A stretch of 64,000 nt of DNA. Source: Octopus sinensis. Lineage: Eukaryota. The stretch spans positions 134,540,001 through 134,604,000 of the forward strand of contig NC_043000.1 of the NCBI RefSeq assembly GCF_006345805.1, in the 5' to 3' direction. The translations under genes and the position numbers were made by a program. The notes below the pieces were generated by a model. It had not been told where the DNA came from, did not search any database, and was given only the letters and a program-made list of their open reading frames with translations. This document shows positions 12,832-25,887 of this stretch, one piece after another (the stretch's first letter is position 1; each line of letters begins with the position of its first letter).

Positions 12832-13118
12832 CAGTGATTCCCAAATATTTTCAGGCTGCTACCCCCTTGATACCTTGGCCACATTCTTAGTGCGCCCCCC
12901 CCCCCACTCCGACTAACCATCACAAATTTAGACTTCTTTCTGAAACAAATATCAAAGCAATTGCATTTCACAAATAAAACTTAATGAACCCATAATTTTG
13001 TTGCTTTTACATGAATCGCCACCCCATTATCAACCCACTTTTCTTGAACAACCCCTTGGAACTGTCCACCCACCCACCCCCAGGTGAGGGGCAATACTGC
13101 CCACTTTGGGAACCATTG
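12832..13118. mobile_element. hAT-like MITE
   Basis: CAGTG...CATTG termini, TSD CTGTAAGG/CTATAAGG; same family at 1-260. Confidence 0.7.
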
Positions 13119-13419
13119 CTATAAGGTACTGAGACATGGATATTGAGTATAGAAAAATCTGTTGTGGCTGAAAGAAATAAGGCAGTTGTGATCCATTGGA
13201 TGAGAGAAATTAACTGTATGAAAGGGGTAAGAAACATTTTGGCAAAGTTGTTTTGGAGCCACGAATTTGACATTGCTGATGCAACTCTAACTTACTTGAT
13301 ATCAGACAATTAATCTTTCACTCTGTTTATGTATGTGAACATCTAGTTATGTTCATATGTACGTGTAAGATCTCTCCCTCTCTCTATCTGTACGTGTATA
13401 TTTCTGCACGTGTGATCAC

Positions 13420-13895
13420 CGACAGAGCAGCTAACCGGCTTCCGTGCCAGTCACACTTAAAAGGCACCATTCGAGCGTGATCGTTATCAGCGTCGCCTTA
13501 CTGGCACTCGAGCCCCGTGCTAGTAGGGTATTAAGAGCATCATCCAAGCGTGATCGTTGCCAGAGCGGCTATCTGGCCTCCGTGCTGGTGGCACGTAAAA
13601 GACACCATTCGAGCGTGATCATTACCAGCATCGTCTTACTGGAACCTGTGCCGGTGGCATGTGTAAAAGATTCGAGCGAGGTCATTGCCAGTACCGCCTG
13701 ACTGGCCCCGTGCTGGTGGCACATAAAAGCACCCACTACACTCTCAGAGTGGTTGGCGTTAGGAAGGGCATCCAGCTGTAGAAAGTCCGCCAGATCAAGA
13801 ACGAAGCCTGGTGCAGCCATCTGGTTCGCCAGCCCTCAGTAAAATCGTCCAACCCATGCTAGTATGGAAAGCGGACGTTAAACGATGATGATGAT
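13420..13895 (+). mobile_element. SINE-like family D with internal tandem repeats and an RTE-type tail
   Basis: GGTTGGCGTTAGGAAGGGCATCCAGCTGTAGAAA ... (GAT)n; reverse copies at ~2165, 2975, 4027, 18640, 20655, 22051, 34685. Confidence 0.8.
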
Positions 13896-13989
13896 GACAT
13901 GCAAGTGGTGTGCATTTGCCTCCAGTGCTAAAACATACTGTCACCAAAACAAGTTGAATGTCCAGTCAGTTATGTCAAATGGTCAGTGT

Positions 13990-14210
13990 CCTAACAGCCT
14001 CTTCCAAACACCTCATTGCAGCATGAGAGGTAGAGAGAGAGTAGCTTCGGAATTGAAGTCAAACAGAAGCACTCGTTTGAACATGTCATGTGAATGAATG
14101 ATGAGCATTATGTGAAAAAATGCCATGTATAGAAGTGGTAAGGTCAGATCTCAAGATACTGGGTCTCACAGATGTGATGACAAAAGAGTAAGATCAGCTA
14201 TGATGATATG
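13990..14210 (+). mobile_element. Decayed RTE 3' fragment
   Basis: Remnants resembling the RLRWFGHV.RMND..YVKKC region of RTE ORF2. Confidence 0.5.
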
Positions 14211-14685
14211 CAAACTTTTTCAACACACATCAAGACAGAAAAAAAAAAGCATTAAAATGATCATCATGTGACACATGGAAAATATTTTGGATGTTTAATA
14301 TTTCCATTCATATAAAAAAAATTTTAAAACAGTGTATCCAAAACAGACAAAAAACTTATACAACTTCAGATAAAGTGGATTCTCCATATTTTTTATCTTC
14401 ATTTATTTCAAAAGAATGGTTTTTGGTTCAACCGTGTTGAATGAAAAATAATAATAAAAGTGAATAAATAAAAAAAATAACAATGTTTTAAATTCAAAAC
14501 AATAGGTTATATATTCTTTTACTAGTTGGCTGTGACCATGCTGGTTCGACGCCATTTTGTTGTTTTTAAGTTAATACAAGTTTTATGAGTTAAGTTAATC
14601 TACATACAAACTCCATATATTATACATACACAAGTACACACAGACGCAGAGAGGCAAACAGATGGATGAACTATAGAAAATGTAG

Positions 14686-14718
<33 letters not shown>

Positions 14719-14786
14719 TCGATAAATGTGCATAGCATTGTAAACGAATGTCTATGTCAGGTATTTTTATCATTATTTTTATAAAT

Positions 14787-14818
<32 letters not shown>

Positions 14819-15622
14819 AGACACTGTCAGAGCAAGACATACATACTTATAAAGATATAAAAATAAAAAAATATCCTCACATCTGGGTTTCTGTTTTTCT
14901 TTTTCTTTCAACCATTTATTTCAGAACATATGACAAAGAATGGAGACTTAATAAAAGAATAAACAAACAAGCGATCAAACAAAGCTTGCAATATTCATAC
15001 TGATACGATAAATGTCTAAACTTTATATAGACTTGTTTTGGAATGGAAGAAATACCGTATTCCAAAGTTTATCTACAAACATAGCTGTCTGGTTAGAAAT
15101 AGATTCAGCTTTCGTAATAATAGATCACACCCCAAGCCTTAGTTATGGAGGATAGAAAAAAAAGGTAAAATTTCCCACAGTCCTGCCAATGAAGAGAAGA
15201 CCATTATAAAAGAAATCTAAAACTATATAATATATATACACACACACATTTATATAAATATAATGTGGTTTGTGCATGTACATATATATACACCCACCCA
15301 CACAATTGTATGTAACATATAGTATTTATATATACACCTACGTACCTATCTCTAGCTCAGTCTCTAAGGATTAAGATATAAACTCAAATTAGGCAATCAA
15401 TTTTTTTACACATACCCATACAGTAATAAATTCAACTTAAAATGCATCTATATATATATATATATATTGGGAGGGTAACTTTCTAGGTGCAATCCCATGG
15501 TCATTCATGACCGAAGGGGGTCTTTACCCTTTATATATATATTAATACATATCGACATATATAAATATTTTTTTTAATATAAATATATATATAAAAATAT
15601 ATATTCATATATGTTGATATGC

Positions 15623-15657
<35 letters not shown>

Positions 15658-16015
15658 GTTTAAGTCGAATTTATAACTGAATGGGTATGTGGGCATGTAT
15701 AAAAAAATTGATTCCCTAATTTGAGTTTTATATCTTAATTCTTATCCTTTGTCTCGGGTTCGACCCGACCACTTCTTAAGCAGTTCTATATATGATAATA
15801 TAATATATAAAAATATACACACAAAATATTTCACAAAACTAATAGTCTAATTCACATAGAATAATTTTACAAAATTATTTTACTTAATATACTACAAAAT
15901 AAGGGTCTATCTTATTGTAGACTACTATGATTATCTGATCAATATATATATATATATTCATCATTGTTTAACGCCTGCTTCCCATGCTAGCATATATATA
16001 TATATATATAGTTAA

Positions 16016-16205
16016 TCCAAACAAGAAAGCACAAAAAAACACAACAACGCGAGGATGTGAAACAAATATAGTATTATTGGACGCTCAGGAAAGAAGGAAA
16101 GAAGGAGGGTTTAACGTTTCGAGTGGAGCTCTTCGTCGGAAACATAGAAGGAAAGATCCAGAGAAGGGAAGACAGAGGGAAAAAAATCGCCAACGGTACA
16201 CACGC
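16016..16205 (-). mobile_element. Penelope-like 3' fragment with a minimal hammerhead motif
   Basis: Minus strand reads GTTT-CCGACGA-A-GAG-CTCCA-CTC-GAAA-C-GT-T-AAAC at 16143-16109. Confidence 0.6.
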
Positions 16206-16751
16206 GGTCACATATATAGAGAGAGAGATGTACACACACACAATGGACTTCTAGTCTCAATGTATTGGTTAACCTGAGGCTATGGAAGACAAAAGTTTTA
16301 TGTAGTAAAACCTATATGTATCTATAGAGGATCACAAATTAAGTCATTACAGAGGTGGATAGACTACCTTGTGACTGGCTCTCAGCACTCCCAATTCATA
16401 CCTCAATGAGGTCAATTTCACATTATATCCCTTCAGAGTGCAATTAATAAATGAAGTACCAATCTTGGGCCATGCTTAGTGCTTAGGGTGTTCCTGACTG
16501 CTAGACCATGGCTTTGATTCCTTAACCAAGTGTTGTGTTGTATTCTTGCTCAAAACAATTCATTTCACGTTGCTCCAGTCCACTCGGCTGTAAATGAGTA
16601 ACCCTTTGACAGATTGGCATCCAAGTCATGAAAAATGTTGTAGCCTCAGTTACCATGGAAACCAGGTAATCAGCCTCATAAGTCCTTAGGCTCAAAGCAG
16701 TAATGTCCAGGGGTTGATGATGATGATGAATCCATACAGGGGTCAATTCAC

Positions 16752-16796
16752 CTTCCCTCAATATTTCTCTCCAGAAGAAATCAACAGTGATCATAT
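16752..16796 (-). CDS. Candidate exon MITVDFFWREILRE
   Basis: CCTGTCCCTCTCCAG| ... AAG|GTGAAT; only one frame open, phase 1-1. Confidence 0.4.
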
Positions 16797-18373
16797 CTGG
16801 AGAGGGACAGGTTTCACCATATGTCCAATATACTTTAAGTATATATATATACACTAGGCAAGGCATATCTCCATATTTACAGATATTTATATCTATGGAT
16901 GTATACTATATCTTGTTTGATACTTTTATTGCCTTGAATCTGTTTTTAAGGTTCAACAGACAAACTCCTTATACCTTCACTCTTTTCTCTTTCACGAAGA
17001 GAAAAATTTGCTTTGGGTTTTTTTTTTGTTCAAGACCTATCACTCATTGTAACATCTAATTATCAGAAGTTTGTATTGTCTTATTAAAGACTAGGTATAG
17101 TTCTATGGTTAAGAAGTTTGTTTCCAACCTACATAGTTTCAGGTTCAGTCCCACCATATGGCACCTTGGGCAAGCATCTTCGACTATATCTCTGGGCCAA
17201 CCAAAGCCTTGTGAGTGGATTTAGTAGATAGAAACTGAAAGAAGGCTGTTACATGCATGCATGTGTGTGTGCGTGTGTGTGCATATGCATGCGTACGCAT
17301 TTGGACCTCCTTGTTTTGACGTCATAGGATTGTTGTAAATAAATGTTATTTATTTCCAATATTCTGTGAAAACCTGTTTGACCATGGAACTTGCTTAGAA
17401 ACTGGTATTGCTTGGCAACAGGGAAGGTATCCAACCATAGAAATTCTGCCCCATGGAAATGTGGACATTAAAGCAGGGATGTTTATATATATATCCCAGC
17501 CCTTGGAGGGTACATTCTGTGAGAGATGAGAATATTATCGTCTGTTTCTACTCTTACAAAACTGTCAAATACACTCTTATTCACACATAAATCTGAGAAT
17601 TTTAAGAGAGAGAAAATGGGGAATTGTAACATTCGTGTAATCCAAGTAAAGTAGTTCCAATTCTAGGAAACCAAAACTGATTGGCTAAGAACTTTCTGCT
17701 GCCATACAGTCCCAATCACAACAACAACATCAACAACAACAATACATTAACATGTTTCTTTTCCTTATATATAGTTCAGTTATTCCACCATCAATCAACA
17801 TTATACCATATGCCATAAAATTGAGTAGCTTTATTATAAGTGCCAAACATATGTCTTAGATAAAGCATCATATTACTCAGTTTCATCAAACATTTTTAAA
17901 TGAACAGATTGCCTCTGACACAATTTAGAACTGAGCCTACTTTATCTTCTTAAAAGCTTCATGTTTTACACTGTTATATTGAAATTCCTACCTTCATTAA
18001 ATGGGAGTCAATGAAGATAGTGAAGAGATGGTATTCTTTAACAATTCTTATGATAAGGACACTATAACACATGCAAGGATTAAAACCAAGGAAACTGTGA
18101 ACAGCTATTTAAATAAAACAAGAACAGATTATATGCTTCAGGTATCAGGAATTTCATGATTAATATCAATTTCATTGGGATTTTTATATTAAAGAAGTTA
18201 ATTCCTTAGATACCAAATACCAAGATGCCATCCATGCAGAACATGTATTCCCTAAGTTAAAACATTTAATAAAATGAAATCATACTAATTAATAGGTTTG
18301 AAGTTGATGGAAGACATTTTAATACACTTGAAGTGTTCAGTTGATCTATTGAAAACAAAATAGTTTTTTTTAC

Positions 18374-18430
18374 CGCTTTCTTTCTTTCCTCAGGTCGAAT
18401 GATATTTTTAGAACAGTCTTTACAGAGATC
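18374..18430 (-). CDS. Candidate exon DLCKDCSKNIIRPEERKKA
   Basis: CACATTAG| ... GCG|GTAAAA; phase 0-0. Confidence 0.35.
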
Positions 18431-19544
18431 CTAATGTGATACCAACCTTTGAATTGATTTCAACAAACAAGAGTTCTATAATAAGAATGTTTGATTGCCA
18501 TGACAATAATAAAAGTGTGTGATAAAGAACAATATTGTTTGCAGAGGTACAGAAATATTGAGAGAAAAAAAATTATAGTAGGAGGTTGTAGGAGAATATT
18601 GAGAAAACAATAACAGAAATAGAAATATATATATATATATATCATCATCATCATTGTTTTTGTTGTTGTTTAATGTCCGTTTTCCATGCTGGCCTGGGTT
18701 TGACTGGGAACTGGCAAGCCAGGAGGCCGCACCAGGCTCCAATCTGATCTGGCAAATGTTTCTACAGCTGGATGCCCTTCCAAATGCCAACCACTCTGAG
18801 AGTATAGTGGGTGCTTTTTACATGTCACTGGCACAGGAGCCAGTCAGGTGGCACTGGATCGGCCATGTTCGGATGATACTTTTTACATGCTACTGGCACA
18901 GGAGCTATTCAGGGCAGGAGGGCTGACATCGATCACATTTGAATGGTACTTTTTATGTGCCACCAGCATGGGGAGCCAGTCAGGCAGCACTGGCAATGAC
19001 CCATGCATAAATGGTGCTTATTGTGTGCCACCAGTACAGGAGCCAGTCAGGCAGCACTGGCATCGGCCACAATATATATATATATATATTAATATTCTAC
19101 TTATATTAGCAATAATACTAAAGCCTTTAAACTCCTAACAAACATTTTTTTAATAATCATCACTAGTGCTGGTACCATGGAAAAAGCACCCAGAACATTC
19201 TTTAAAGTGACAGACATTAGGAAAAGCATCCAACTGCAGAAACCATGCTAAAGTAATGGTGCATGAATCTTTTGATTCATAAGATGCTGTCAAATCATCC
19301 CAGGATATTAAATGACAATGATGATAATGATTAATTTCAAATGATGCTAAGTTAATACCGTAGTAGAGGTATGAACCCAAATACCAATTAAACCAATCTT
19401 ATCATTACCTTTCCAAACAGAGAGAAAAAAAAGAAGTAAAAATTACAACAAATTTTGATTTTATCTATGTGCAAGTTAATATTCTCATTACTGTCCCAGC
19501 CCTGTTGTATGCAAAAGCCAAAATTCCTTTTCTCAAATTCTTAC

Positions 19545-19615
19545 ACATGAATAATTTTTGTACCTTTCTATGGAAATATAACACCCATCATGCAACCAAT
19601 TGGCAGAAATTCTAT
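19545..19615 (-). CDS. Candidate exon (N)RISANWLHDGCYISIERYKNYSC
   Basis: CATCTCTAG| ... TGT|GTAAGA; phase 1-0. Confidence 0.4.
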
Positions 19616-19881
19616 CTAGAGATGACAGTGATAGAAGTGACACTAATACTATTTAGCTCTAATTATTGACAATATTGTATAAAATGCATAGCAATGGTTC
19701 ATTACACCCCTTTACATTCTGCTTCCAAACCTGCCAGGGTCTAATTCCTCCAGGGGAGGACATGGGGTAGGTGGATCAAAGTTAGAATAATCAGCTACTG
19801 GAATTGTTTCAATCAATTATATGACTACTACAAATTCAAGATTACTGTGTCAATGTAAGAGATCAATATAAGAAATCTCAC

Positions 19882-19957
19882 TAACAGCTTTAAGAATAAT
19901 TAATTTGACGCTCTGGATGGCAGGATGAACAAAAAATGACAAATTGAGGAAATATTG
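19882..19957 (-). CDS. Candidate exon QYFLNLSFFVHPAIQSVKLIILKAV
   Basis: ATTTCAG| ... TTA|GTGAGA; phase 0-1, matches both neighbours. Confidence 0.4.
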
Positions 19958-20053
19958 CTGAAATCTAACACCACGTGTTGATTATCCAGCTTTAACCCTT
20001 TCACTGTATGGTGTTTTATAAATCCCACCTTTGAATGTTTTGCAAAAAAAAAA

Positions 20054-20096
<43 letters not shown>

Positions 20097-20159
20097 GCTA
20101 CAGATTATTTTAATTAAGCAAAAGCAAATTTTATACAGTGATTTATTATTCTTTTATTC

Positions 20160-20548
20160 TTTTATTTTTATTTCTTTCAGTCATTAAACTGTGGCCATGC
20201 TGGGGCACCACCTTGAAGAATTTTAGTCAAACAGATCAACCCCAATATGTAATTTTTAAGCCTGGTGCATATTCTATCAGTGTCTTTTGCTGAACTGCTA
20301 AGTTACAGGGATGTAAACACACCAACAACTGTTGTCAAACGGTGGTGGTGGGAACAAAATCAAGCACAGATACATACACACACACACATGATGAGGTCTT
20401 TCAGTTTCCATCTACCAAATTCACTCACAAGATTTTGGTCGGCCCAAGGCGATAGTAAAGGACACTTGCCCAAGGTGCTACACAGCAGGACAGAACCTGG
20501 AACCGTGTGGTTGGGAAGTAAACTTCTTACCACACAGCCATCCCGTCC
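20160..20548 (-). mobile_element. SINE family A (diverged)
   Basis: Aligns by eye to the other copies. Confidence 0.8.
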
Positions 20549-21495
20549 ATATTTTTCTTGTACTGTTCCATCCAGAGTTTTACTATCCATAGTATTTTGC
20601 ACAGTCCCATCCTGCATGTGTCATTTTTTAGATATTTTGCATGAACTAGTGTCTCATCATCATCATCATTGTTTAACATCCGTTTTCCATGCTAGCATGG
20701 GTTGGACAGTTCGACCGGAGTCTGGGAAGCCAGGAGGCTGCACCAGGCTCCAGTTTGATCTGGCAGTGTTTCTACAACTGGATCCCCTTCCTAACGCCAA
20801 CCACTCCGTGAGTGTAGTGGGTGCTTTTTACGTACCACCGGCACAGGGGCCAGTGGAGGCTAGCAGACGGCCACAATCGGCTTGTGCATTTTACGTGTTA
20901 CTGACACGGATGCCAGTCAGGCGGTGCTGGCATCAGCCACATTCGGATGGCGCTTTTTACATGCCACCGGCACGGGTATCATAACAACAATTTCCATTTG
21001 ATTTTTATTTTGATGTTGATGTACTTGACTCAATAGGTCTCCTCAAGCACAGTCGGTCATTCTACGATCCAAGGTTAGCACAGCAGGCCGTCAAAGGTGA
21101 GGACTTATCTAATGAAATCATACTGGATCTTAGTATATTCATCAGCCACGTCAACTGTTAACACAATATCCTATTCATATTCTAATCCCAACAAAGATAT
21201 TTTTTAATGTATTTAAAGTATAAGTACCATAACTGGCTTAAATAATATATTTCTAAGAAAAATCACAACCTGTCTAACCCACTAGTGCTTCCCTGTAAGT
21301 TTACAATGTCACCACCAGGAGTGTTTGTTGCCATTCAGGTTAAGAAACACTGATTTAGAGCCAGATGTTAAAGTGATAGTATGTGTTCCCTCATTACAAG
21401 ATAGAATACCCTATACAGTATTTAGGCTTTCATCTAGAAGAAATTATCTTTCATCCTTATAATCTTTAATAAACCAGCATTTGTTTCTTACATAC

Positions 21496-21538
21496 TTCCT
21501 CAAACTCAATTGTCAGCAACTTGGAAGGAATAAAACCT
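21496..21538 (-). CDS. Candidate exon GFIPSKLLTIEFEE
   Basis: TTTTTACAG| ... GAA|GTATGT; only one frame open, phase 2-0. Confidence 0.4.
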
Positions 21539-22632
21539 CTGTAAAAACAGCAGTAAACATCAGACTGTGTGCTACAGTTAAAAGAATCAATCAAATACGC
21601 AACTAAAACTTTTTTTCTGTTTTTCATTCAAACTTAGTTTACACACCATATGTTAAATTTCCAAGAGAACCATCAATAACATTTTTAAAGTTTGTAAAAA
21701 TAGAAGGAAAAAAAAACATTAAAATAATATTTACATTTTATTTTTTAGTAATTTTACATATATTGATCTGCATGTGCTTATATGCAAATACACACACACA
21801 TATACATACTATAAACACACAAGTTTACTTTCTGTCCACAATTCTATTTCAGAGTAACACTTGCTCTGGGCTTGGAAGTGAAAAGTCTAAAGCTTAATAA
21901 CCAGGGAATATATCTACTGTATGAATATCAGTTTGAGGAATAATTATAAATCAATTCAAATTTTCATTGCTAAAAATTCACTCATATTTTTCTTCATACT
22001 CCTCCTCCCTTCCCCCACTGTTACATTTGAGAACTGGAAACTTGAGTATCTTTCCATGCTAGCATGGGTTGGACAGTTCGACCGGAGTCTGGGAAGCCAG
22101 GAGGCTGCACCAGGCTCCAGTTTGATCTGGCAGTGTTTCTACAACTGGATCCCCTTCCTAACGCCAACCACTCCGTGAGTGTAGTGGGTGCTTTTTACGT
22201 ACCACCGGCACAGGGGCCAGTGGAGGCTAGCAGACGGCCACAGGATTTTTTCTTTCATTTCTTTTTCAGAAGTGACTTGATCTGAAACCATATTTTGGAA
22301 CTGAAACAATTACATCATAGAAAAGCCATTTTAACCATTTACTAAACACAAAAAAACTTACATTCACTTTTAATATATTTTGTGACCTATCACAGTTTTC
22401 ATCACGTCATTGGATACCTAGTCATTAACACAATTCCAACTGCAGTGGAATTGTGTTAGTGACCAGATCGCTCTTCTACAATGTAATTGCTATGTTTTTT
22501 TGGGGTTTTTTTTATGGTTCAAATTTCTAGATGATTTAGTGTTTGAATAAAAAAAAAGGTTTGTTTTTTTTTGTTTTGTTTTTTAAATTTTGGTATCTCA
22601 TAGAGATATGTACGGTGGTGGGACGATATAAC

Positions 22633-23346
22633 GGTTGTATACTGTCAACTTAACCCTTTCGTATTTAAACAGGCCATATCCGGCCCAAATATTCTACCTG
22701 CTTTATGTTCTAACTAGTCAGATCCAACCTATCACACCTACCCTTCAATGCCATTCTAGAAATATACAATCTCATCATCAAAACTTTATAGCTACAAAAT
22801 AAAGCATGATTAATTATAAACAATGTCAATGAAAAAACATTACATTTGACAAAATAATCTGAATACGAAAGGGTTAACGTGACAGTAGGGGATTACACTA
22901 CCGCTGTTTAGCCCTAGGAAGCATCGATGCTTCTGTTGGCTTCGACACACTTACTGTGTCCTTATATATTTACAAAGGAGAGACAAATACCCCCAACAGC
23001 TAGGTCTGCATCTAGGGACACGCATGTTTCAGGATCCTTGCCCTTCATTGATTTTGGTAATCAGGGAATATACTTCACTGAAAATTAGATATATATATTT
23101 GCGAAATTGAGACAAATATTCGCAGCTAGCAGGCTAATGCTACTCTAGACCGATGAAGGGCAAGAACCCTGGAACATGCGTGTCTCTAGATGCAGGCCTA
23201 GCTGTTGGGGGTATTTGTCTCCCCTTCGTAAATATATAAGGACACAGTAAGTGTGTCGAAGCCAAGAGGAAGTGTCGATGCTTCCTAGGGCTAAACAGCG
23301 GTGGTGTAATCCCCTTCTTGTCACGTTAAGTTGACAGTATACAACC
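22633..23346 (+). mobile_element. Penelope-like fold-back with a hammerhead motif at the inner arm boundary
   Basis: ~200-bp inverted arms; type I hammerhead-like fold at 23144-23190. Confidence 0.7.
22654..22873. mobile_element. piggyBac-type MITE nested in a Penelope-like fold-back
   Basis: TTAA duplicated at 22650-53 and 22874-77; removing the insert restores the host arm. Confidence 0.8.
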
Positions 23347-25508
23347 ATTATATTTTAAATTTTATTCCATAGGAAATGTTGAATTCCTTGCCAAGAATTC
23401 TAGCGATGGGAGACATATTCACAAACAATCAATGTTTTAGAGAATCAACTTTTGCAGCTCTACCATGGCAGTAGAGTTTGGAAGAATTTGAATAAATAAT
23501 GAATTATTCAATGACTATGGAAAATGTCCACAGAGGCTGAAGTACTGGCAGACAGTTACACCTAGGGACATTCTGCAATCCATTGCCAAAGATCAAGATA
23601 GGGTGGAGATCTCTTGTTCGCACCCTACACTCCACATGGAGTTAAAGGATAAAGAATAAGAATATACACATATATATAGATATGTCACAAACAGTTAAAA
23701 TTTATTATTTTGAAATTTAAAAAAAATGAAGACAGAATATAAAATTCTACATCAGTGTTTTAAACAAGTTCATAAAAGAATCAAATGAAAGAAACTTTAT
23801 GAATTTAGTGTCCGCAAGTACCATTAGCTCCAAAAGTTATCTTACAAAAGATTAAAAAGGACCATTAGCACTTTGAGGTTTTAACAAAGTATCACTCTGA
23901 ACACTAACAATGTTTTAGCAAATGATCAATTAAGTTGTTCTTATAAATAGAAAACAGAAATTATCGTCTCATTCCTTTGGTTTTCAAGCATAGTAATCAA
24001 AGACATGTCATGAAATAAAGAGAAGGAATCAATCATCTAATTCAGTATTCTTGAAATTATCCAAAAACTTGTCAAGGTATGAAGAAATGACAGAATTTGA
24101 TAGTTTGGAAAACAAGGATTAAAAGCATTTTGCATTTTCACTTGCAATTAAATGTGATCTGTCTATAGAATAAATATCTGAGTTTGATAATATTAAAACG
24201 TTGAAAAATTGATGCACAACCACCAACAGATGCTTTCATTGCACAGCCAAAAAAAGAAGAAGAAAAAAAAAGAACCATTTTATGGTTGCTCAACCTAACA
24301 GAATTAGCAGTCAAATCTCCCTTAAGGAACAACCTGCCATTCCAAAAAGGAAAGATAACGAAAACTAGATATAACTATCTCAGAAAAAGAATGAGATGAT
24401 CATGGCTAGAACACCACTGATCTGTTGACTTGGATCTAATCAACAACCGCTGTTCTAAATGTTAATACTGTTGGGTAACAAATCATCTCTGAGAAACCTT
24501 GAAGAATTACATTATCTCACATAAAATCTATCTCACCGACTTTCTGGGTAGTTATCGCTAAAACCTCTAGAAACTAGAGCTGGATATGAAATTTTATGTC
24601 CACACAACATCCAATTTCTTACAACTAAATATGATATTGGATAGTATTATCTAAAACCAATCTAGACCATAGTTTTGGATGGCATGGCAGAAATATGAAC
24701 CAGGAATATCATATGCCTTACTCAATGAAGAAATACTTTCAACTGTAACTTAACCGTTCCAAATTGGAAAACTTCACTCAATATTTCAGAGTAACTACTG
24801 TGTTTATTTGTTTATTAAAGTATTAAACAAAAATGTACTTCGGCTTTGCTTGAACCATTTTGTAGTTATATTTAGAAAAATATTAAAAAGGAACATAGAA
24901 AAAAAAAACAATTATATACTGCTGTAACTGTATAACTGTCTTTTATTTTCTGATTCTAGCCTTGCTACTTTTGTAGATTGCAACAAGAAATGGTTGTTAC
25001 AATGCTAAGTGGATAGTAATTATCAATAAAGAAATAAAAAAGTTGCCAAGAAAAGATACAAAACATATTCTCCCATGCATACTTAGATAACTCAAGAAAG
25101 CAAACTTAAGCTATTCTTAACACACAAATCAAAGGATATAATTGACACTCTGCACTATTTATCTTCCTTCAATAACACTTCGTTATTTATTTCATGTTCA
25201 AAGTGAAGTGAACTGGCTGAAACAGTGAAGCATCAGAAAGAATAAACTAATAGCATTTAGCTTAGTCTTAACCTTCTGAGTTCAAATCCTACTGGAATTT
25301 GATTTTCGATGAAGTATTAATCATATAATGGAATTAATTCAACTGGTTATACTCTTTCCCCTACCAGTTTATTTATGTGTGTGTAACTTAACAGTTCAAC
25401 AAAAAGAGACTGATAAAATAAGTATCAGATTTTAAATAAATACTGGGATAGATTCGGTTTGTCCACATTACTCTGTAGGGAGCATAGGGCCAGTTTCCCA
25501 GTTTTTCT

Positions 25509-25553
<45 letters not shown>

Positions 25554-25852
25554 AGGCGCAATGGCCCAGTGGTTAGGGCAGCGGACTCGCGGTCGAAGGA
25601 TTGCGGTTTCGATTCCCAGACCGGGTGTTGTGAATGATTATTGAGCAAAAACACCTAAAGCTCCATGAGGCTCTGGTAGGGGATGGTGGCAGTCCCTGCT
25701 ATACTCTTTCACCACAACTTTCTCTCAATCTTTTTCTGTTGGCCTGCTCGCTTAGCCAGCGGGGTGGCGTCATTTGAAGGCTAAAACAATGCGAAGCGCA
25801 TTGTGACCAGCAATGTGTAGCAACATCTGATAGCCTGGTCGGTCACGGTGAT

Positions 25853-25887
<35 letters not shown>

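Noticed and set aside
20265-20984. Longest ORF in the track (239 aa)
   Set aside because: Spans two adjacent SINEs; the peptide is a read-through of repeat sequence
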